In this document: piece by piece, positions 1 through 7,897 of the stretch | How positions within the stretch are numbered: position 1 is the first letter of the stretch | How the letters are laid out: each line of letters begins with the position of its first letter | Virus genome (UHGV): UHGV-0126890 | Origin: a virus | Reading direction: 5' to 3' (one strand) | DNA: 14,150 nt | Notes under the pieces: model-generated | What the model saw: only the letters and a program-made list of their open reading frames with translations | What the model was told of the DNA's origin: nothing | Databases searched by the model: none | Position numbers and translations under genes: made by a program

Positions 1-49
1 ATTAGTTAAATTACTCATATCGCTTCAATTGGCTCTAGTTAACTCTGGT

Positions 50-1045
50 TTATGGACGCATTATGGACATTCCTGACACCGGGTTAAGAGTCACAGCATC
101 TTGTAAGAAATCCGGTGCAAAGTGTGCGTAGGTCATAGTTTGCTGAATGTTAGAATGACCCAGGATGCGCTGCAATGTGATTATGTTACCTCCATTCATT
201 ATAAAATGTGTGGCAAATGTATGCCTCAAAACATGTACTGCTTGTCCGTCAGGTAAATCGGGTTTTACTTCCCTGAGAGCGTTACGCACTTTGTAGTAAC
301 TGGCATTAAAAAGCCTGCCTGAATTTTTGGTCTTGATCCGTTTAATCAGGTCCTGCGAAACGGGAATTGTCCTGCGTTTTCCGTTTTTAGTTTTCATAAA
401 CGTAACCATCTGGTTAATGATGTGTTCAGCTTTTAAATTAGACACTTCACTCCAGCGTCCACCAGTAGAAAGGCAGACCAGAGTTGCATTTAATTCATCA
501 CCATCAAGCATGGATAACAGCCGCGTAATCTCTTCACTGGACAAAAAAGCCATTTCCGTAACAGCTTCACGTAACCGTTTAATATCACGGAACGGGTTGT
601 GGGAGTGGTATTCACCGGCGTCAATTAACTTGGTGAACATCCCGCTCATTATTGCCAGATGTCGATTTACGCTGGCTGGTTTTAGACCATCGTTCATCAT
701 TACAACGCGATAATCAGTTATCGTTTTCTTTGTTAGCTGGTCAGCTCTGGACACTCCCATTTCTGCAAATTTGGCGATTATTGTCGTTAAACGCCCCCGT
801 TCAATATCTCCACGCTCATGTGATTTTCCGTGATATATCCACCATCTACCTAACAACTCTGTAAGAGTTCGGCGGTCGGCTGGTTTCTCCAACCACTCTT
901 TGTTGTGGTAGTTAACCAGTACATGACGTTCGAATGCCTGAGCTTCACCTTTAGTTTTAAATTTCCGCCTGATACGTTTTCCATCTGCACCCTGCGGTCT
1001 GACGTCCACTTCATAACGACCATCATCGAGCTTTTTAATAGACAT
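50..1045 (-). CDS. int: Tyrosine recombinase / phage integrase, P2-family
   Basis: 331-aa ORF. N-terminus MSIKKLDDGRYEVDVRP resembles P2 Int as I recall it. C-terminal catalytic region HVLRHTFATH ... LGHSNIQQTMTYAHF fits the H-x-x-R and tyrosine nucleophile pattern of tyrosine recombinases. ATG at 1043-1045 is preceded by GGAGGG. Sits at the prophage edge next to the repressor, as in P2. Confidence 0.9.
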   Translation of the reverse strand: MSIKKLDDGRYEVDVRPQGADGKRIRRKFKTKGEAQAFERHVLVNYHNKEWLEKPADRRTLTELLGRWWIYHGKSHERGDIERGRLTTIIAKFAEMGVSRADQLTKKTITDYRVVMMNDGLKPASVNRHLAIMSGMFTKLIDAGEYHSHNPFRDIKRLREAVTEMAFLSSEEITRLLSMLDGDELNATLVCLSTGGRWSEVSNLKAEHIINQMVTFMKTKNGKRRTIPVSQDLIKRIKTKNSGRLFNASYYKVRNALREVKPDLPDGQAVHVLRHTFATHFIMNGGNIITLQRILGHSNIQQTMTYAHFAPDFLQDAVTLNPVSGMSIMRP

Positions 1046-1138
1046 AAAGCCCTCCGATGACGCTGTTTACTTCTACTACTTGAAAATTAATGCAATTTTC
1101 TTTCGTACATTTACTACACACATATGCTGAATAAATCG

Positions 1139-1438
1139 TCAGCCAGTCTTCTGGTCTGAGTGGTGCAAGGTTGTTGAGTCTTGCCCAATGTGTGCGAGAG
1201 CCGGGGCTATTTGTCCAGCTGCTGGATCTGTTTCATCAAACATGAACCAGTCACGATACTTGCGAAAGCGTGGATGCTTAAACAGCTTCATACCTGCTTC
1301 CATAGGCATTTTTGATTTTCCTGATTCATATCCATGATATGTGTAGTAATTAATTCCAATTAATTCAGCAAGTTCCTTAGTTTTAAGGCGTTCGGATTCA
1401 CGGATGAGCTTTAGTTTCTCACTTTGTTCACTTGACAT
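1139..1438 (-). CDS. C: Immunity repressor, P2 C-like helix-turn-helix protein
   Basis: 99 aa from the first ATG (1436-1438); the ORF-track start at 1456 is a TTG. HTH-like segment TKELAELIGINYYTYHGYESGKS; C-terminus GQIAPALAHIGQ resembles P2 C as recalled. Divergent from cox across a short intergenic region. Confidence 0.75.
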   Translation of the reverse strand: MSSEQSEKLKLIRESERLKTKELAELIGINYYTYHGYESGKSKMPMEAGMKLFKHPRFRKYRDWFMFDETDPAAGQIAPALAHIGQDSTTLHHSDQKTG

Positions 1439-1531
1439 AATTTTGCTAATCTCCAATTATATTTCTACTTGGCAATTTGTGATTCACTCAAAAAGGCTCT
1501 AGATGGCTCCAGTTGGTGAATCGCAAATCTT
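1439..1531. promoter_or_regulatory. Immunity switch region between C and cox with candidate face-to-face promoters and operator-like repeats
   Basis: Imperfect inverted repeat ATTTGTGATTCAC (1475-1487) / GTGAATCGCAAAT (1516-1528), 12 of 13 complementary. Between them, direct repeats GGCTCTAG (1495-1502) and GGCTCCAG (1505-1512), one helical turn apart. TTGACA at 1432-1437 followed after about 17-19 nt by an AT-rich -10-like hexamer (1455-1462) on the plus strand; TATAAT on the minus strand at 1456-1461. Exact promoter assignment is uncertain. Confidence 0.4.
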
Positions 1532-1546
1532 ATGGAGGATAGCAAA

Positions 1547-1903
1547 GTGACGACAAATGTAGAAATTTCTTGTCCAACTAGCGATGAGGCAAGTTTCGAA
1601 AATGAAGCCAAACGTAAAAGCATTCAGATTTCAGAGCGCCCATCTGATTTGCTGTCGAAAGAAGGTTTTGCTCTTTACATCGGTAAGACACCACGCGCGG
1701 TGGCTGAAATGGCTAAAGCAGGAAAGCTGCCAGCCTTCTACATGACAGACCCATTAAAACCAAGAGGGAAAGCTGAATTATGGATTAATCGCCGTGAGTG
1801 GGACAAGTACGCAGCCCAACTGGTTGATGAAGCTCCGACAGAATGGCATGACTGGAAAAATCGCATTAGTTACAGCAAATCAAGACATGGCCGTGCGGCT
1901 TAA
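1547..1903 (+). CDS. cox: Cox/Apl-like excisionase and transcriptional regulator
   Basis: Open frame 1532-1903. GTG at 1547 has a GGAGGA Shine-Dalgarno 7 nt upstream (1534-1539); the ATG at 1532 lacks one, so the start is ambiguous (1532 or 1547). HTH-like segment FALYIGKTPRAVAEMAKAGKLP and ...MTDP... resemble P2 Cox as recalled. First gene of the rightward early operon, divergent from C. Confidence 0.65.
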   Translation: MTTNVEISCPTSDEASFENEAKRKSIQISERPSDLLSKEGFALYIGKTPRAVAEMAKAGKLPAFYMTDPLKPRGKAELWINRREWDKYAAQLVDEAPTEWHDWKNRISYSKSRHGRAA

Positions 1904-1913
1904 GGTGGAAAGG

Positions 1914-2084
1914 ATGAACGAGCCTCGTTGTATTGCTCAGTTATTGCGTAACGAAAGCCCCAGGGCGATTGACTTTACCATCACCCACGGGAAGGGACGC
2001 AAGGGAATCATTATCCGCACCAAAAAACAGAGTCCGTTAAAAAAGGCTCTGACCTTTCTGAAAAGCCGGAGGATATGGAAATGA
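1914..2084 (+). CDS. Small basic hypothetical protein (position of P2 orf78)
   Basis: ATG at 1914 preceded by AAGGTGGAAAGG just after the cox stop (1901-1903). 56 aa, lysine/arginine-rich. Its stop overlaps the B start in an ATGA arrangement (2081-2084). The longer ORF-track version (from 1794) overlaps cox and is less likely. Confidence 0.45.
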   Translation: MNEPRCIAQLLRNESPRAIDFTITHGKGRKGIIIRTKKQSPLKKALTFLKSRRIWK

Positions 2085-2581
2085 CAGTGATGACGCTCAA
2101 TCTCGTCGAAAAACAGCCAGCAGCTATGCGCCGGATAATTGGTAAGCATCTTGCCGTCCCTCGCTGGCAGGATACATGTGATTATTATAATCAGATGATG
2201 GAGCGCGAACGGCTAACAGTTTGCTTTCATGCGCAGTTAAAACAACGTCACGCAACGATGCGTTTTGAAGAAATGAACGACGTCGAACGTGAACGACTGG
2301 TATGTGCAATTGATGAATTGCGTGGGGCATTCTCAAAACGCCGTCAGGTTGGCGCAAGTGAGTATGCATATATTAGTTTTTTAACAGTCAGTCAGCGTCG
2401 CACTTTATTTATGCACGCACGACTGACAGAAAAAGAATTTAACCAGCCATACTGGCGAATTAATGAAGAATCATGTTACTGGCGTGATGCTTTATTCCGT
2501 GCATTACGTGAATTATTCAGTCTGTTTGAGTATGCACCGACAATTCTGACGTCGGTAAAACCAGAGCAATATCTGCATTAA
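2081..2581 (+). CDS. B: Replication protein B-like (P2 gpB, helicase-loader-like)
   Basis: 166 aa from the ATG at 2081, which has GGAGG 8 nt upstream (2068-2072); the ATG at 2075 has too short a spacer. Length matches P2 B as recalled. Translationally coupled to the upstream ORF. Confidence 0.7.
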   Translation: MTVMTLNLVEKQPAAMRRIIGKHLAVPRWQDTCDYYNQMMERERLTVCFHAQLKQRHATMRFEEMNDVERERLVCAIDELRGAFSKRRQVGASEYAYISFLTVSQRRTLFMHARLTEKEFNQPYWRINEESCYWRDALFRALRELFSLFEYAPTILTSVKPEQYLH

Positions 2582-2644
2582 GTAATTAACCAGAGTTTTT
2601 AACGCACTTAATTGTGCGGGGCTTCTTTTTGCCTGGAGAAAGTC

Positions 2645-2869
2645 ATGCATACAGTTTCTGAAAATCAGTGCGGTATATACGCATTACTGCTGCAACAGGC
2701 CAGAACCGAAGCACAGGCCGACGCTGCGACGCGCTTTTCTTCTCATCTTGACGCCATGATTCGCCACATCACAAAGGCGGAGTTATCCCGCGTGGAGATA
2801 GTCGAGCTGCTCAGTCAGGAGTCGGAAAAATTTCACAATATCGGATTGTCTCGCGGGGAGGTGCTTTGA
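2645..2869 (+). CDS. Small hypothetical early protein (position of P2 orf80)
   Basis: ATG at 2645 preceded by GGAGAAAG; the ORF-track start at 2612 is a TTG. 74 aa. Its stop TGA (2867-2869) overlaps the next ATG (2869-2871). Confidence 0.5.
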
Positions 2870-3171
2870 TGTCCTGTTCTCGTTCAGTTGTATTACTGAA
2901 TAACGCCTTAAAAATCGCCGTTATGGAAAATGGCGATTTGTCTCTTATTCAACTTGGTCTTGATAAAGAAAAGCGCGACATAACTGAATCTGTTATCGCG
3001 ATTTATCAGAGCGAATTAAACCTCCTGTCTGATGTGGTCAATTTACTTGTTAAACGCGCTGTATTTCACAAGCAAATTTCCTCAGTGGATGAACTGACAA
3101 AATTAACGACAGAACTCGCCAGCTATTGCGCTGATGAATTTAAGAAACTGAACGACAAAAGGAACTGGTAA
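2869..3171 (+). CDS. Small hypothetical early protein (position of P2 orf81)
   Basis: ATG at 2869 with GGGGAGGTG upstream; 100 aa. Its stop TAA (3169-3171) overlaps the next ATG (3171-3173). Confidence 0.5.
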   Translation: MSCSRSVVLLNNALKIAVMENGDLSLIQLGLDKEKRDITESVIAIYQSELNLLSDVVNLLVKRAVFHKQISSVDELTKLTTELASYCADEFKKLNDKRNW

Positions 3172-3395
3172 TGCCGGACAACGTAGATTTCATTCAGGAA
3201 CAACAGGCTGAATTACTGGAGCGCCAGATTAACGCGGCAAGGGTAAAACATTGCGGTGCTTCTGCGCTGGTTTGCGAAGAGTGTGACGCGCCAATACCTG
3301 CTGCCCGTCGTGCGGCTTATCCGTCAGCCACGCGTTGTGTTTCCTGTCAGTCAGTCTTTGAAGCAAAAAACAAACATTACCGGAGAACGGCATGA
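3171..3395 (+). CDS. TraR/DksA-family C4 zinc-finger protein (position of P2 orf82)
   Basis: 74 aa with C-x2-C-x17-C-x2-C (CEECDAPIPAARRAAYPSATRCVSCQ), the spacing typical of DksA/TraR-type zinc fingers. ATGA overlap with the next gene at 3392-3395. Confidence 0.65.
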   Translation: MPDNVDFIQEQQAELLERQINAARVKHCGASALVCEECDAPIPAARRAAYPSATRCVSCQSVFEAKNKHYRRTA

Positions 3396-3667
3396 GTATT
3401 CGTATCGAAATTGGCGAACGTTATGTTGTTACCAGTGACAGCTTTCAGTTTATTCTCCACGAGAAAAAGAGAGCGGAAAGCGTTAAAAACGCCGGTCAGG
3501 AATGGCTGGCGGTGGTTGGTTATTACCCGAAATTAAGCCAGCTCGTTTCCGGCCTGATGCATCACGATATTCTGACCGGAAGCGCAAAATCTTTTGCCGA
3601 TTTAAACGCGCAGGTTGAGCAACTCAGCAGGCGTTGTTCAGAGGCTTTTGGCTCATATGGACGTTAA
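3392..3667 (+). CDS. Small hypothetical early protein (position of P2 orf83)
   Basis: ATG at 3392 preceded by GGAGAA; 91 aa; immediately upstream of and overlapping the A gene start. Confidence 0.5.
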   Translation: MSIRIEIGERYVVTSDSFQFILHEKKRAESVKNAGQEWLAVVGYYPKLSQLVSGLMHHDILTGSAKSFADLNAQVEQLSRRCSEAFGSYGR

Positions 3668-5936
3668 AGCCTCCGGGCGTTTTGTCCCTCCGTCAGCATT
3701 TGCCGCAGGCACCGGTAAGGCGTTTACCGGTGCTTATGCATGGAACGCGCCACGCGAGGCTGTCGGGCGCGAAAGACCCCTTACACGTGACGAGATGCGT
3801 CAGGTGCAAGGTGTTTTATCCACGATTAACCGCCTGCCTTACTTTTTGCGCTCGCTGTTTACTTCACGCTATGACTACATCCTGCACAATAAAAGCCCGG
3901 TGCACGGGTTTTATTTCCTCACATCCACTTTTCAGCGTCGTTTATGGCCGCGCATTGAGCGTGTGAATCAGCGCCATGAAATGAACACCGACGCGTCGTT
4001 GCTGTTTCTGGCAGAGCGTGACCACTATGCGCGCCTGCCGGGAATGAATGACAAGGAGCTGAAAAAGTTTGCCGCCCGTATCTCATCGCAGCTTTTCATG
4101 ATGTATGAGGAACTCAGCGATGCATGGGTGGATGCACATGGCGAAAAAGAATCGCTGTTTACGGATGAGGTGCAGGCTCACCTCTATGGTCATGTTGCTG
4201 GCGCTGCACGTGCTTTCAATATTTCCCCGCTTTACTGGAAAAAATACCGTAAAGGACAGATGACCACGAGGCAGGCATATTCTGCCATTGCCCGTCTGTT
4301 TAACGATGAGTGGTGGACTCATCAGCTCAAAGGCCAGCGTATGCGCTGGCATGAGGCGTTACTGATTGCTGTCGGGGAGGTCAATAAAGACCGTTCTCCT
4401 TATGCCAGTAAACATGCCATTCGTGATGTGCGTGCACGCCGCCAGGCAAATCTGGAATTTCTTAAATCGTGTGACCTCGAAAACAGGGAAACCGGCGAGC
4501 GCATCGACCTTATCAGTAAGGTGATGGGCAGTATTTCTAATCCTGAAATTCGCCGGATGGAGCTGATGAACACAATCGCCGGTATTGAGCGTTACGCCGC
4601 CGCAGAGGGTGATGTGGGGATGTTTATCACGCTGACCACGCCGTCAAAGTATCACCCGACACGTCAGGTCGGAAAAGGAGAAAGTAAAACCGTCCAGCTT
4701 AATCACGGCTGGAACGATGAGGCATTTAATCCAAAGGATGCGCAGCGTTATCTCTGCCGTATCTGGAGCCTGATGCGCACGGCATTCAAGGATAATGATT
4801 TACAGGTCTACGGTTTGCGAGTCGTCGAGCCACACCACGACGGAACGCCGCACTGGCATATGATGCTTTTTTGTAATCCACGCCAGCGTAACCAGATTAT
4901 TGAAATCATGCGTCGCTACGCGCTCAAAGAGGATAGCGACGAAAGAGGAGCTGCGCGAAACCGTTTTCAGGCAAAACACCTTAACCGGGGCGGTGCTGCG
5001 GGATATATCGCGAAATACATTTCAAAAAACATCGACGGCTATGCACTGGATGGTCAGCTCGATAACGATACCGGCAGGCCGCTGAAAGACACTGCCGCGG
5101 CTGTTACCGCATGGGCGTCAACGTGGCGCATTCCGCAATTTAAAACTGTTGGCCTGCCGACAATGGGGGCTTACCGTGAACTACGCAAATTACCTCGCGG
5201 CGTCAGCATTGCTGATGAGTTTGACGAACGTGTCGAGGCTGCACGCGCTGCCGCAGACAGTGGCGATTTTGCGCTGTATATCAGCGCGCAGGGTGGGGCA
5301 AATGTCCCGCGCGATTGTCAGACTGTCAGGGTCGCCCGTAGTCCGTCGGATGAAGTTAACGAGTACGAGGAAGAAGTCGAGAGAGTGGTCGGCATTTACG
5401 CGCCGCATCTCGGCGCGCGTCATATTCATATCACCAGAACGACGGACTGGCGCATTGTGCCGAAAGTTCCGGTCGTGGAGCCTTTGACTTTAAAAAGCGG
5501 CATCGCCGCGCCTCGGAGTCCTGTCAATAACTGTGGAACGCTCACCGGTGGTGATACTTCGTTACCGGCTCCCACACCTTCTGAGCACGCCGCAGCAGTG
5601 CTTAATCTGGTTGATGACGGTGTCATCGAATGGAGTGACCCGGAGGTCGTGAGGGCGCTCAGGGGTGCATTAAAACACGGACTGAGAAGACCAAACCGCC
5701 AGCAAAGAAACGGAAGCCCGTTAAAACCGCATGAAATAGCGCCATCGGCCAGACTGACCCGGTCGGAACGAATGCAAATTCCCCGTATCCGCGTTGACCT
5801 TGCTCAGAACGGTATCAGGCCGCAGCGATGGGAGCTTGAGGCGCTGGCGCGTGGCGCGACCGTAAATTATGACGGGAAAAAATTCGCTTATCCGGTCGCT
5901 GATGGATGGCCAGGGTTCACAACTGTAATAGATTGA
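3657..5936 (+). CDS. A: Rolling-circle replication initiator (P2 gpA-like HUH endonuclease)
   Basis: Long ORF; first ATG at 3657 gives 759 aa (the ORF-track start at 3615 is a TTG). HUH motif in GTPHWHMMLF. Paired-tyrosine motif YIAKYISKN typical of rolling-circle initiators. Strong resemblance to P2 A as recalled. Confidence 0.85.
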   Translation: MDVKASGRFVPPSAFAAGTGKAFTGAYAWNAPREAVGRERPLTRDEMRQVQGVLSTINRLPYFLRSLFTSRYDYILHNKSPVHGFYFLTSTFQRRLWPRIERVNQRHEMNTDASLLFLAERDHYARLPGMNDKELKKFAARISSQLFMMYEELSDAWVDAHGEKESLFTDEVQAHLYGHVAGAARAFNISPLYWKKYRKGQMTTRQAYSAIARLFNDEWWTHQLKGQRMRWHEALLIAVGEVNKDRSPYASKHAIRDVRARRQANLEFLKSCDLENRETGERIDLISKVMGSISNPEIRRMELMNTIAGIERYAAAEGDVGMFITLTTPSKYHPTRQVGKGESKTVQLNHGWNDEAFNPKDAQRYLCRIWSLMRTAFKDNDLQVYGLRVVEPHHDGTPHWHMMLFCNPRQRNQIIEIMRRYALKEDSDERGAARNRFQAKHLNRGGAAGYIAKYISKNIDGYALDGQLDNDTGRPLKDTAAAVTAWASTWRIPQFKTVGLPTMGAYRELRKLPRGVSIADEFDERVEAARAAADSGDFALYISAQGGANVPRDCQTVRVARSPSDEVNEYEEEVERVVGIYAPHLGARHIHITRTTDWRIVPKVPVVEPLTLKSGIAAPRSPVNNCGTLTGGDTSLPAPTPSEHAAAVLNLVDDGVIEWSDPEVVRALRGALKHGLRRPNRQQRNGSPLKPHEIAPSARLTRSERMQIPRIRVDLAQNGIRPQRWELEALARGATVNYDGKKFAYPVADGWPGFTTVID

Positions 5937-6042
5937 AATAGTGTGAATATCTAAGAGATAAAACTATATAAGGTGTGTATTAATACTGTGCTGGAGGAAA
6001 AGGTGAAAACCAGATGGCATGGCTACAATAATAAAACGATAA

Positions 6043-6071
6043 GCCTCATTTTTAATGAGGCCGTTTTTATT
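6043..6071. terminator. Hairpin terminator between the convergent A gene and the cargo operon, possibly bidirectional
   Basis: 8-bp stem GCCTCATT (6043-6050) / AATGAGGC (6054-6061) with a 3-nt loop, followed by CGTTTTTATT on the plus strand; the minus-strand side is followed by a moderately T-rich tract. Lies about 100 nt after the A stop and 30 nt after the stop of the 6102-6773 gene. Confidence 0.55.
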
Positions 6072-6101
6072 ACATCAAAAGAATTGAATTGTATTGTTAA
6101 C

Positions 6102-6773
6102 TTAAAGGGCAAACCTTTCTATGGTTCGATACACCTTGTCAAAAATTTGCTCTGAAAGTGAAATGGACCCATTTGTGTTAATTTCTAATGACTCATAACC
6201 GGTAACGTCCTTAACATTAAGTTTAACTTTATCAATTGTAAAATTTGCATTTTTGAAAATGTTTCTTATTTCCATAAGTGCGTCACTTGATGACTCAAGT
6301 TCCAGTATGCCGGATGTGTGTTTGCTAAACGTTAAGTCTTTTAATTTTGCCTTGTGCACTTGTATTTTTTCAAAGTGCGGGGTCAGGAAATAAATGAAGT
6401 CCTCAATTTTGATGTTGAGATTTGACACATTAAAATCAGAATGTGTTGATTTAATTATGTTTGATATGAAGTTCTTAATGCTTCTGGGAGGCGACTCAAT
6501 GATTAAGATGAAGTTTTTACCTTTTGTTGTGTAAAGCCAAAAGTTAAATTGAATATATTTTAGCTGTGTATATTGAGTCTCGTTTCCATATGGATCAACG
6601 ATTATCTCGTTGACCTCTACTTTCTCGATGTATCGAGATGATATTGCATTTTCTTCATATGAGTTGATACTAAATCCCCAGCCTTTATCACTATCAAAAG
6701 GAGTGTTAATGATAGACTGATATAAACTATCAAGTCCAGCAGGGAAGTTGGCAGTAAACCATTTTGTTTTCAT
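6102..6773 (-). CDS. Hypothetical protein, third gene of the AT-rich cargo operon; no family recognised
   Basis: 223-aa ORF in very AT-rich DNA, where long open frames are unlikely by chance. ATG at 6771-6773 with AAGGAG 6 nt upstream. Starts 11 nt after the stop of the upstream gene. No P-loop or other motif I can name. Confidence 0.75.
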   Translation of the reverse strand: MKTKWFTANFPAGLDSLYQSIINTPFDSDKGWGFSINSYEENAISSRYIEKVEVNEIIVDPYGNETQYTQLKYIQFNFWLYTTKGKNFILIIESPPRSIKNFISNIIKSTHSDFNVSNLNIKIEDFIYFLTPHFEKIQVHKAKLKDLTFSKHTSGILELESSSDALMEIRNIFKNANFTIDKVKLNVKDVTGYESLEINTNGSISLSEQIFDKVYRTIERFAL

Positions 6774-6784
6774 AACAACTCCTT

Positions 6785-7897
6785 TTATTTATCAGTAACA
6801 ACCTCAATTGTGTTGGAGGCGATAATACTGTTTGAAATTTCGCGAGCGGTTTTTTCAAGTGCTAATAATAGCAGTTTTTCCTTCTCTTTATCTACATTTT
6901 GACGATTTGCATATTCGTTTATATTTTTGTACTTATAAACACCGCGAACGATATACGAGAATAACTTGCAATTATCTGGGTCGACAAATTGAGCCTCGAA
7001 TTCATATTTGTCCGAGTCTTTATAAGTGTCAACAACAGAACTCCAAATGATTTTGGTAATATAAAATCCTTTTCCTAACAACTCCTTAAACTCGAGAGAG
7101 TCAAGAACGCTGCGCCCTTTTAGTGAAGCTTTGGAGATATGATATCCTGTGTCAATAATTGTATCGTCATCATCAGAATCATCTTCATTTTCGTTAGACT
7201 TATTTGACTCAAGAATTGGATGCGTAACGTATACATCCGATACGTCAATGCATTTGTAGTTAGGTATGCTTGAGATTAGTTGCTCAAAAAATTTGCTTCT
7301 TTCCGCTGGTGATTTAACAGTTTCGAGCGAAATCTCATCAAGACTGGCTGGATCCTCATTGTTGTCTTCTTTGATCTTCTCCACGAGGCGCTCGTTGAAT
7401 TCCCTTGCTTTAGCATTTTGAGGGAAACGGGTGATAAATTCACCGCTTTCATTCATTTCAACTTGTATTTTGGCTTCACGTGATGAGGATTGGCGAAACT
7501 CGCTCATTTTGAAATCTAGTTTCACATATTTTATTGATACTTCAAAACCATTCTCGGTGTAATTTATATTAGTTATATCGCCTTCTTTTTGAAGATCTTC
7601 ACAAATAGATTTAATAGTATTTTCCATACTATTTTTATCTATATTTGTATTAATAATGTTAATTGATACTTTTTCTCTCCGCCCAACAGAACCGAGTATG
7701 TTTGAAAGAAATTCAAAATCAGAATAGCCATGATAGTATCTGGAAAAATCCAAAGCCAATGTTTTTCGTTTAGTCTCTTTGGATATAATCATTCCTCTTT
7801 TAAAAAAGAGACTTTTCATATCTTCATGAGTGACTTTAGTTTGATTCAATGCGTCAAACATTGCCTTATCATTTACACTATATAATCCAATTTTCAT
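6785..7897 (-). CDS. Hypothetical protein, second gene of the AT-rich cargo operon; contains an acidic tract; no family recognised
   Basis: 370 aa from the first ATG (7895-7897), which overlaps the stop of the upstream gene in an ATGA arrangement; the ORF-track start at 7912 is a TTG. Acidic stretch NENEDDSDDDD. No Walker A motif. Confidence 0.75.
   Translation of the reverse strand: MKIGLYSVNDKAMFDALNQTKVTHEDMKSLFFKRGMIISKETKRKTLALDFSRYYHGYSDFEFLSNILGSVGRREKVSINIINTNIDKNSMENTIKSICEDLQKEGDITNINYTENGFEVSIKYVKLDFKMSEFRQSSSREAKIQVEMNESGEFITRFPQNAKAREFNERLVEKIKEDNNEDPASLDEISLETVKSPAERSKFFEQLISSIPNYKCIDVSDVYVTHPILESNKSNENEDDSDDDDTIIDTGYHISKASLKGRSVLDSLEFKELLGKGFYITKIIWSSVVDTYKDSDKYEFEAQFVDPDNCKLFSYIVRGVYKYKNINEYANRQNVDKEKEKLLLLALEKTAREISNSIIASNTIEVVTDK

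Noticed and set aside
1-49. Possible attL core at the left edge of the window
   Set aside because: Only 49 nt lie beyond the int stop and I could not recognise a P2-type att core there; the attachment site is probably outside the window.
327-864. ORFs 327-713 (+) and 652-864 (+) inside the integrase gene
   Set aside because: Antisense to a well-supported integrase CDS, no RBS, no recognisable protein features; treated as shadow ORFs.
1439-1456. Longer N-terminal extensions from upstream TTG starts (C from 1456, A from 3615, small ORFs from 2612 and 2866, second cargo gene from 7912)
   Set aside because: In each case the first ATG downstream has a better-placed Shine-Dalgarno or overlaps the upstream stop codon, and gives a length matching the expected family member; the TTG starts are ORF-finder maxima.
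1937-2369. Minus-strand ORFs 1937-2149 and 2124-2369 overlapping the small early ORF and B
   Set aside because: Antisense to the coherent, translationally coupled early operon; no independent support.
3256-3438. ORF 3256-3438 (+), 60 aa, overlapping the zinc-finger ORF in another frame
   Set aside because: Alternate-frame overlap with better-supported genes; no RBS.
3634-5626. ORFs inside the A gene on either strand (3634-3966, 4083-4352, 4900-5085, 5149-5487, 5190-5429, 5426-5626)
   Set aside because: All lie within the A CDS in alternate frames or antisense; the GC-rich sequence produces long spurious open frames.
5973-6155. 60-aa plus-strand ORF between A and the cargo operon
   Set aside because: It reads through the terminator hairpin at 6043-6071 and into the 3' end of the minus-strand cargo gene; most likely not a gene.
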